Assembly (NCBI GenBank): GCA_029972135.1
Contig: CP124755.1
Coordinates: 2,351,991-2,415,990 of the forward strand
Direction of reading: 5' to 3'
Length of the DNA stretch: 64,000 bases
From: Candidatus Thiocaldithrix dubininis
GTDB taxonomy: Bacteria > Pseudomonadota > Gammaproteobacteria > Thiotrichales > Thiotrichaceae
Part shown: positions 7,711-14,540 of the stretch, one piece after another
Layout: every line of letters starts with the position of its first letter
Numbering within the stretch: position 1 is the first letter of the stretch
Translations under genes and position numbers: made by a program
Notes under the pieces: model-generated
Told to the model about the DNA's origin: nothing
Database searches by the model: none
What the model saw: only the letters and a program-made list of their open reading frames with translations

Positions 7711-8544
7711 ATGGCACAAGTGTTTATAACAAAGTCTCACTTAGAAAATATTGCACGACTAATATCCTATCAATCAATTGACGTAAATCATATACGTGGG
7801 TTTTATGAATCAAGATTTCTTGGTTTTTTTTCCACCCCAGAATTAAATACATTAACGGCCGTTAGTTTGGTTCTTGAAAGCATTAAAGATGAAGAGCTAA
7901 AGATAAAAATTATTACACTTCATGATAACGCAAAAGCTAGGATTGAAAAATATAATAAAAATGAAAATTCACGATGGATATATGTAGGATCAAAACCTGC
8001 CTATCATCATGATGAAAAGTGTATATCTCTTTACTCAACTTATGAAAACTATGAAATACCTGTGGAAATCCCGGAAGACAAAATTAAAGATTACAGAACC
8101 TTCTTCCTAAACAATATTGATGAGTATACAAATAAAAGAGATGTATTCTTTGCTAAGGTAGAATTAAAATTCAATGTCCGCATTAATAATGTTAAAGAAG
8201 TGCATAAAGAAAATAGTGGTCGGCAATCTTTAAATGTTTTCACGGGCGGTCATAAGCAAATTTTAAGTGAAATATCTAATATAATAGAAGAAATGCACAA
8301 ATATAAAAATCAATCAAATGAGGTGAAGCGTATTATTTCTAACACTGGATTTAATACAAAAAAAGCATTAAAGCATCCTCTTTATAATGAAAGCCATGAA
8401 ATTATAAGAGAATGGGATAATTATAAGACAAAGCTAAAAGACTTAATAATACAAGATTTAACTAGTATTATAGCCCCTGAGTATAAATTTGATCATGATT
8501 TTTTAGAAGAACTAGGATTTAAAAAATGTTCAAAGTGCTTTTAA
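7711..8544 (+). CDS. hypothetical protein (277 aa)
   Basis: Single long ORF filling the cassette, AT-rich. It contains YHHDEKC and a C-terminal KKCSKCF. I recognise no family. Confidence 0.6.
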   Translation: MAQVFITKSHLENIARLISYQSIDVNHIRGFYESRFLGFFSTPELNTLTAVSLVLESIKDEELKIKIITLHDNAKARIEKYNKNENSRWIYVGSKPAYHHDEKCISLYSTYENYEIPVEIPEDKIKDYRTFFLNNIDEYTNKRDVFFAKVELKFNVRINNVKEVHKENSGRQSLNVFTGGHKQILSEISNIIEEMHKYKNQSNEVKRIISNTGFNTKKALKHPLYNESHEIIREWDNYKTKLKDLIIQDLTSIIAPEYKFDHDFLEELGFKKCSKCF

Positions 8545-8552
8545 TGATAATT

Positions 8553-8636
8553 GGCTAACGAGCAGCTCGACGACGGACGCGGTGACAGCCCGCGATTTTT
8601 AATTTCTACTCCCCGCCGCGCCCGTCAGCCATGACG
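8553..8636 (+). repeat. attC3
   Basis: R'' is GGCTAAC. It has the conserved core tcgacgacggacgcggtgacagcccgcg ... ctactccccgccgcgcccgtca and ends catgacG. Confidence 0.85.
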
Positions 8637-8823
8637 ATAGCGCAGAACCGCATACGCAGTTCTGCGCTATTGTATCGGAGTTGAGCTTCGCTCGAACGGG
8701 TTGCAGCCACCACGCTCCGCGTTCTGGCTATCAACCCATTCGAGTGGATACATTTGCGCCCATGAAGCGACTCTTCTAAAGAGTCACTTCATGGTCACAA
8801 ACGCCCCACTCAACTCCGATACA
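8637..8823 (+). repeat. 187-bp structured ORF-less element, copy 3 (at the attC3 crossover)
   Basis: Identical to copies 1 and 2 and followed by TTAGAC. Confidence 0.95.
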
Positions 8824-8852
8824 TTAGACTAACTATCTCAAAAGGTGAATTA

Positions 8853-8876
8853 TTACGATTGCAATCCATCGTAATA
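8853..8876 (+). promoter_or_regulatory. inverted repeat upstream of the RHH gene (candidate operator)
   Basis: attacgat-N8-atcgtaat is a perfect 8-bp inverted repeat about 45 bp upstream of the ATG at 8922. Confidence 0.35.
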
Positions 8877-8921
8877 CGATTTAATGTCATTGGCTGTTCC
8901 CTTAAGTCAAAAGATTTAAAC

Positions 8922-9179
8922 ATGCCAAGAACAACCCTAGTCACTCGGATAGAAGTTGATCTGAAAAATCAACTGGGTGAAATTGCAAAGCAGCAGAACC
9001 GTACCACCAGCAATCTTATTGAATGGTTAGTCAAGCAGTACATTGGGCAGGTCGCCAAACCCACCAACAGCACAGCACCAGTGGAGCTTGATTTTGCATC
9101 GACAGACGACCTGCACAGCGTCCTAGCCAAGCGGCGCCCCGCCATTGCCGACACCCTCCGCTATTTAGAGGACAAATGA
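8922..9179 (+). CDS. ribbon-helix-helix (CopG/Arc-like) antitoxin
   Basis: 85 aa. The N-terminus PRTTLVTRIEVDLKNQLGEIAKQQNRTTSNLIEWLVKQY fits an RHH strand-helix-helix pattern. Its stop overlaps the next ATG (ATGA). Confidence 0.6.
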   Translation: MPRTTLVTRIEVDLKNQLGEIAKQQNRTTSNLIEWLVKQYIGQVAKPTNSTAPVELDFASTDDLHSVLAKRRPAIADTLRYLEDK

Positions 9180-9349
9180 GACTGCTGTCCACTGTGGATG
9201 TCATCCACATCCACGATACTGTTATTCACCCCCATGAGTTGCAGGGGCAAGCGCCAGACAAATCGGTGGAAGCTGTTATTACACGAGTACGAAACCGTTT
9301 TGAATACGGACTGATACCCGATGCGTTCGCGCTTGCCGCCTGTTACTGA
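9176..9349 (+). pseudogene. truncated Doc/Fic-family toxin (N-terminal 57 codons only)
   Basis: MRLLSTVDVIHIHDTVIHPHELQGQAPDKSVEAVITRVRNRFEYGLIPDAFALAACY aligns by eye with the P1 Doc N-terminus. It stops before the HxFxxxNKR Fic motif. Confidence 0.55.
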
Positions 9350-9554
9350 AGCCAGAAAAAATTTCGCCTCAGTGTTGGAAACAGCAAAGCAAGAAGGGAT
9401 TACTTGCATTTATAAACGCAATGGAGAAGCTTATTATCTTACTCCCGCAAAAACCCAAAAATCTCCGTTAGATGTGGAAGGTATAGACTTACGTCTTTCA
9501 TGCAGTCAGATTATGTCTATTCTGAGCAAAAGCAGAGAAAGAACTTACTTTTAG
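9321..9554 (+). CDS. Phd/YefM-like antitoxin with no cognate toxin
   Basis: VTEARKNFASVLETAKQEGITCIYKRNGEAYYLTP matches the Phd/YefM N-terminal pattern. Its start overlaps the Doc fragment in another frame. Confidence 0.45.
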   Translation: MRSRLPPVTEARKNFASVLETAKQEGITCIYKRNGEAYYLTPAKTQKSPLDVEGIDLRLSCSQIMSILSKSRERTYF

Positions 9555-9588
9555 TTCATTTAGCTCGCTGCCCAATTAAAAATCAGCC

Positions 9589-10389
9589 TCAAAACACCAT
9601 CTCAATCGCATGATGCAGCGTACTCCGAATATCCGCATCATCGGTAATCGGGCTAACCAGTGCCATACGGCAAGCATCTTTTTGATCAATCCCGTGTTTC
9701 ATTAAACTCGCAGCATAGACTAATAAACGAGTAGAAATCCCTTCATCCAGACCATGCCCTTTCAGATTACGGGCGGTTTGCGCAATTTGCACCAGCTTCT
9801 GAGCAGTATCCAGTTCAATACCCGCTTCTTTGCTTAAAATGCCAGCTTCGGCTTCTGGGGCGGGATAATCAAAATCGAAGGCGACAAAACGTTGTTTGGT
9901 GGATTGCTTTAAATCCTTCATCAGGCTTTGATAGCCCGGATTATAAGAAATCACCAATTGGAAATCAGGATGCGCCTGCACTAATTCGCCTTTTTTATCT
10001 AAAGGCAATGTACGGCGATGGTCAGTGAGTGGGTGAATCACGACAGTGGTATCTTGACGCGCTTCAACAATCTCATCCAAATAACAAATCGCCCCCATTC
10101 GAGCCGCCGTGGTCAAAGGGCCGTCTAACCAGCGTGTGCCATTGGCTTCTAATAAATAACGCCCCACCAAATCCGATGCAGTCATATCCTCATTACAAGC
10201 TACTGTAATTAAAGGTTTACCTAACTTCCATGCCATGTGTTCGACAAAACGCGATTTACCACAACCCGTCGGGCCTTTCACCATCACGGGTAAACGGGCT
10301 TGATAGGCAGCTTGATAAAGTGCTACTTCATTGCCAACGGCTTGATAAAACGGTTCGGTGTCAATGCGGTATTGGTTGATGTCGGTCAT
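9589..10389 (-). CDS. cbbQ: RuBisCO activase AAA+ ATPase CbbQ (MoxR family)
   Basis: 266 aa. Walker A is GPTGCGKS and Walker B is ICYLDEI. It lies immediately downstream of cbbM. Confidence 0.92.
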   Translation of the reverse strand: MTDINQYRIDTEPFYQAVGNEVALYQAAYQARLPVMVKGPTGCGKSRFVEHMAWKLGKPLITVACNEDMTASDLVGRYLLEANGTRWLDGPLTTAARMGAICYLDEIVEARQDTTVVIHPLTDHRRTLPLDKKGELVQAHPDFQLVISYNPGYQSLMKDLKQSTKQRFVAFDFDYPAPEAEAGILSKEAGIELDTAQKLVQIAQTARNLKGHGLDEGISTRLLVYAASLMKHGIDQKDACRMALVSPITDDADIRSTLHHAIEMVF

Positions 10390-10416
10390 GGCTGTGTATT
10401 ACCTAGTGAGATTAAG

Positions 10417-10509
10417 AACCCCTCCCTAACCCTCCCTTTATCAAGGGAGGGAATAGAGATCAGCAAACCTGAACGCTCCTCCCCTGACAAGGGGAGGCTG
10501 GGAGGGGTT
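10417..10509 (-). other. structured intercistronic element between cbbM and cbbQ
   Basis: Outer helix aacccctccc/gggaggggtt encloses two hairpins (10430-10451, 10478-10497). All are built from CCCTCCC/GGGAGGG. Confidence 0.5.
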
Positions 10510-10523
10510 TATACGATTTCTTA

Positions 10524-11909
10524 TTACTTATGTACGCCTAATTTTTCGCGCCAGCCGGGGAATAATTTGTCTGCGTCATTCGGGAAGGATTCAAACGCAC
10601 GCGCAAATTCTTTATGCGATTTAGCGAATTCAATCGGGTCAGCACCCGCTTTCCAGCACTCATACGATTGACGTAACGAAATCGCACCAGCGGCTGGGCT
10701 GTCGATGTGACCGTAAGAGCCACCGCCTGCGGTATTAATCACGTTACCATGACCCAAGTTTTGGAAGAAGCCGGGTAAACGTAATGCATTCATACCACCC
10801 GAAATAATCGGGGTAGTGGGTTTCATGCCATACCATTTTTGGAAGTAGACAGGCCCTTGACACTCGTCGCGTTCAATCATGTACGCAATACCTTTGTCGT
10901 CGGCTTCGCCTTCCATTTTACCGTAGCCCATAGTACCGACGTGGATACCCGAAGCCCCTTGTAAACGCGACATTTTCGCCAATACGAAAGCTGTGTAACC
11001 GCGTTTAGCCGAAGGTGACGTAATCGCACCGTGACCTGCACGATGGTAGTGTAAGTATTGGTTAGGGTATTGACGACGTGCGGTGGTAATCATACCCGGG
11101 CCGCCCACATAACCATCGACTAAGAAGGCTACTTTGTCTGCATCAGGGCCAAAGGTTTCGAGAATATAGTCCGCACGAGCACACATTTCATAATGGTCGT
11201 CAGCAGTAATATTTGCTGAGAAAATTTTGGCTTGACCCGTTTCGTCTTGGGCGCGTTTCATCGCATCCGCCACTAAAGGCATAACCTTTTTCATTGGCGC
11301 GAACACTTGGTTGCCTTGAGGCTCGTCATTTTTAATGAAGTCGCCACCTAACCAGAATTGATATGCCGCATGGGCGAATGGCTCAGGACGTAGGCCTAAT
11401 TTTGGCTTAATAATAGTACCCGCGATATAGCCGCCGTCTTTAATTGGGCGACCCAAAATACGCCACATATCAGAGATATCTTTAGACGGACCATCGAATA
11501 ATTGGATGGCACGTTCGGGTACAAAGAAGTCGATCATTTTAGCGTGTTCAATGTCACCCATGCCTTGGTTATTACCAATCACCAAGGTGAGGAAAGACAC
11601 AATCATCATACGACCATCGGTCACATTGCGGTCAAACAAATCCAAAGGATAGGCAATACGCATATCTTCAGTGGCTTCATCGATGTAGTACACCAACGCA
11701 TCCACGCCCTTAGTGAAATCATCCGTGGTACACACTTCCACGTTCGTCCCTGTGGATGATTCAGCCGCAAAGTGCGCTGCTGCTTCTAAGTAACCGTGAC
11801 CCGATTTTGGCTTCATTTTGTAAGCGACTAGAATGTGCTTACCGCCTGCCATTAATTCGTCTTCTTTTAAGCTCAAATCTGAGTAGCGTGATGATTGATC
11901 TAAAGCCAT
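10524..11909 (-). CDS. cbbM: ribulose-1,5-bisphosphate carboxylase/oxygenase, form II
   Basis: 461 aa starting at MALDQSSRY with a gaggag [17 protein letters not shown] and the overall sequence are typical of form II. The 30 upstream codons in the ORF track were trimmed. Confidence 0.95.
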   Translation of the reverse strand: MALDQSSRYSDLSLKEDELMAGGKHILVAYKMKPKSGHGYLEAAAHFAAESSTGTNVEVCTTDDFTKGVDALVYYIDEATEDMRIAYPLDLFDRNVTDGRMMIVSFLTLVIGNNQGMGDIEHAKMIDFFVPERAIQLFDGPSKDISDMWRILGRPIKDGGYIAGTIIKPKLGLRPEPFAHAAYQFWLGGDFIKNDEPQGNQVFAPMKKVMPLVADAMKRAQDETGQAKIFSANITADDHYEMCARADYILETFGPDADKVAFLVDGYVGGPGMITTARRQYPNQYLHYHRAGHGAITSPSAKRGYTAFVLAKMSRLQGASGIHVGTMGYGKMEGEADDKGIAYMIERDECQGPVYFQKWYGMKPTTPIISGGMNALRLPGFFQNLGHGNVINTAGGGSYGHIDSPAAGAISLRQSYECWKAGADPIEFAKSHKEFARAFESFPNDADKLFPGWREKLGVHK

Positions 11910-12082
11910 GGTTCTCTCCTCAATAAACAACGGATGATCTGTGCGATCTCTGGGAAACGTGGAGCAGTATAAGGGAAGTCTAAAATAAGTAAAACTCATT
12001 TATACTGATTTAAACATAACGTTTTATTATGGTTATGCCTATAATCAAGCTTAATGTCGGTTATACGTGATAGCAGCCAACG
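11910..12082. promoter_or_regulatory. divergent cbbM / cbbR control region
   Basis: AT-rich divergent intergenic region. It contains the LysR-type TNA-N7-TNA candidate taacgttttatta at 12017-12029. Confidence 0.45.
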
Positions 12083-12979
12083 ATGCATATTTCCCTACGC
12101 CAAATTCAGATTTTCCAAACCGTTGCACAAACGGAAAATTTCACACGCGCGGCTGAACAGTTACACATGACCCAACCGGCAATCTCAATGCAAGTCAAAC
12201 AACTAGAAGAGCAAACAGGTTTGGCGCTATTTGAACGCCAAGGTAAACGTATTGTGCTAACTGAAGCCGGGCGTGCCATGCATCAATACACCGGCGAATT
12301 GCTTACCCAATATCAGGGCATGATAGAAACCTTGGAAGACCTGAAAAATGTACACCAAGGGCATATTCGAGTCTCGGCTGCCACCACGTCGATTTATTTT
12401 ATTACACGCTTGCTTGCTAGTTTCTCCAAACTACACGAAGGTATTACCGTTAAACTGAATATTACCAATCGCAAAACCTTGGTCGAGCAATTACAAAACT
12501 ATGAAGCCGATTTGGTCATTATGGGCGAACCCCCCGCCAATTTAGACCTACACTCCCAACGCTTAATGGCTAATCCTTTAGTGTTAATCGCCCCCCTTGA
12601 GCACCCTCTTACCCAACAAACTAATATTCCCTTAAGTGCCTTATTGCAAGAAAACTTTGTGTTACGTGAAGCCGGTTCAGGCACACGCGCCGCTATTGAA
12701 CGCTTCTTTGCCGAACACGGTTATAAGCTGCCCAGTACCTTAGAAATGGATAGCAATGAATCCATCAAATATTCGGTCATTGCGGGTTTAGGCTTAGGCA
12801 TTGTGTCTTTGCATAGCGTGCGTTTAGAACTCGAAACGCATGCATTAACACTACTTGACGTACAAGGTTTTCCACTCCAACGCCATTGGCATATTGTCAC
12901 ACGCGAAGGCAAAGCCCTCTCCCCTGCCGCCCAAGCATTTAAAGCCTATGTGATTCAAGAAGCCGCGCATTACGTATAA
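12083..12979 (+). CDS. cbbR: LysR-family transcriptional regulator CbbR
   Basis: 298 aa. The N-terminal HTH is FTRAAEQLHMTQPAISMQVKQLEE. It is divergent from cbbM. Confidence 0.88.
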   Translation: MHISLRQIQIFQTVAQTENFTRAAEQLHMTQPAISMQVKQLEEQTGLALFERQGKRIVLTEAGRAMHQYTGELLTQYQGMIETLEDLKNVHQGHIRVSAATTSIYFITRLLASFSKLHEGITVKLNITNRKTLVEQLQNYEADLVIMGEPPANLDLHSQRLMANPLVLIAPLEHPLTQQTNIPLSALLQENFVLREAGSGTRAAIERFFAEHGYKLPSTLEMDSNESIKYSVIAGLGLGIVSLHSVRLELETHALTLLDVQGFPLQRHWHIVTREGKALSPAAQAFKAYVIQEAAHYV

Positions 12980-13004
12980 AAAAAGGGAGTCGAAACTCCC
13001 TTTT
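12978..13004. terminator. bidirectional rho-independent terminator
   Basis: aaaaaaa-gggagt-cgaa-actccc-tttt lies between convergent cbbR and the 13033-14196 gene. Confidence 0.7.
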
Positions 13005-13032
13005 AGCTTAGTCCGCTATCAGCGTTTAAAGC

Positions 13033-14196
13033 TTATTTCAGGCGGTAGGTCACACCCATATTCAGGGCTTTATCAACATCCTTGCGTTGGTTGTCGTTAG
13101 TAACACTTAAGGTTGTGTCAAACGCTAATTTATTGGTTAAGTAATACCGATAAGTAGAGGATGCGGTATTAATCGTGTGGCTGTTTTTCACATTTTTGGT
13201 ATCGGTTTTATTGTAATCAACCGTCCACGCATTTTCCCAATCCACGCGATCTGATAACTGATAGCTCAACGCCATTTTGTTACGTGCGCGATAACCGTCA
13301 TCATCATCTTTCAAATTAGCGGACAAATTGGCTTCATTAGAAAACTGTGTTTGGTTGCTCAACGGCACATAATATTCCGCCGCTGCATCCAATGCGGGTT
13401 TAGCTGATTCGCCATCATAATCACGAATCACTTCACTGATGCCCGCTTTAACCAACCAACCGATTTTGCGAGAGGAAATGGTTTCACGCATTAACACATC
13501 ATTGGCCTTCAGAATACCCGCCGCCCCCAAAGCACGCACTTTACCGGTTTTATTCAGAACACGCTCAATATCTGCAATCCAGTATTGCGTATAGTCATTG
13601 CCACCATGACGCGAACGATATTCGGATTCGCGGGCAATCACATGCGCCACTTGATTGTATTCAGCCGTACTCAAATCAGCATTTAACAAACCTTTTTGAT
13701 GTAAGGCTTCAACTAAACGAATCGAACGCGCCATTGGTGTCACATTAATAATACGCCCGTAACCAACCCCAACGCCTGCTTTGATATACGGATCTTCCGC
13801 GCCTTTTTTTACGCTGGTAGCCGCATCACCGTACCAAAACGCGCCCCGGCTATTCGGTTGAAAATAGTTATTGACGCTTACCGCTGCATTGCCAATGTAA
13901 TCTTCTTGTGTACTTTCGCCTTGCTTAGCACTTTTATTAGAATGATAAGCACCGTCTGCACTGACTTTCACATCACGATTGGGTGAACTAAACACGCGTT
14001 GATAGTTACCGTACAAATCTAAATTGTGGCTGGTGCGCTCTTGATTACCGGAATTCATGTCAAATTGACCGGACACATACGCGTCTTCATACGCGCTGGT
14101 AGGTTGATCGTAATCGTATAAAGAAACGGCTTGACTGGTCGTTGCAATAGCCATTAATGCGCTACCAACGGTCAACGCGATCAGTGTTTTTTTCAT
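13033..14196 (-). CDS. secreted or outer-membrane protein of unknown function
   Basis: 387 aa. Signal peptide is MKKTLIALTVGSALMAIATTSQA. The Tyr/Asn/Asp-rich alternating pattern suggests a beta-barrel. Confidence 0.6.
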   Translation of the reverse strand: MKKTLIALTVGSALMAIATTSQAVSLYDYDQPTSAYEDAYVSGQFDMNSGNQERTSHNLDLYGNYQRVFSSPNRDVKVSADGAYHSNKSAKQGESTQEDYIGNAAVSVNNYFQPNSRGAFWYGDAATSVKKGAEDPYIKAGVGVGYGRIINVTPMARSIRLVEALHQKGLLNADLSTAEYNQVAHVIARESEYRSRHGGNDYTQYWIADIERVLNKTGKVRALGAAGILKANDVLMRETISSRKIGWLVKAGISEVIRDYDGESAKPALDAAAEYYVPLSNQTQFSNEANLSANLKDDDDGYRARNKMALSYQLSDRVDWENAWTVDYNKTDTKNVKNSHTINTASSTYRYYLTNKLAFDTTLSVTNDNQRKDVDKALNMGVTYRLK

Positions 14197-14540
14197 GATG
14201 GTGAAGCCCCAATAGTTAAAATAATTTGTTTTATTAATAGGTTATTCAGATTAAATGTGTTTAGAGATTGTATTATAAAAACGATGTATAACCCCTATAC
14301 GACGGCTCGATTTATAGAAGACTTGCTTAGTTAAGTCAAATTAATATTTATATTTTTTATATTTAAATCAATTTAATTTATTTAAGTCAAAATTTTAGCA
14401 TTTTCCTTAAATGTATTTTTAGGCATGTCGCATTCACCAAAAAAATCAATAGTCCCATGCTTTTTGGGGTGTAATCACTGAATCATTCGTATTATGATGC
14501 GAGTCTTTTCCCTACGCTTTAGCGATTTACGGAGTTTAGT

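Larger units (their letters stand above)
7621..8636 (+). mobile_element. integron cassette 3
   Basis: Starts with TTAGCG, and its attC has R'' GGCTAAC at 8553 (five of six bases complementary). Confidence 0.8.
3287..9588. mobile_element. chromosomal integron: intI, attI and a cassette array
   Basis: intI (minus strand) is divergent from an array of units. Each unit starts with TTRRRY and ends in an attC whose R'' box is the reverse complement of that unit's first bases. The cargo ORFs are AT-rich. Confidence 0.9.
8824..9588 (+). mobile_element. terminal cassette 4 (decayed toxin-antitoxin content, no attC found)
   Basis: Starts with TTAGAC. No GTCTAAC or attC-like hairpin occurs before the cbbQ stop at 9589. 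Confidence 0.55.

Noticed and set aside
5322-8823. Three identical repeats separated by about 1-2 kb, considered as a possible CRISPR-like array
   Set aside because: The repeat is 187 bp, the spacers are whole gene cassettes of unequal length, and there are no cas genes. This is integron architecture, not CRISPR.
10300-10671. 123-aa plus-strand ORF spanning the cbbQ-cbbM spacer
   Set aside because: It overlaps the ends of both cbb genes on the opposite strand. It mostly translates the GGGAGGG/CCCTCCC hairpins.
11910-11999. 30-codon N-terminal extension of cbbM in the ORF track
   Set aside because: The internal ATG at 11909 has a strong GAGGAG RBS and gives the canonical form II length and N-terminus.
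14197-14540. Possible ilv leader peptide or attenuator upstream of ilvI
   Set aside because: The only short ORF I found (MSHSPKKSIVPCFLGCNH) is not enriched in Ile/Val/Leu. I saw no terminator/antiterminator pair.
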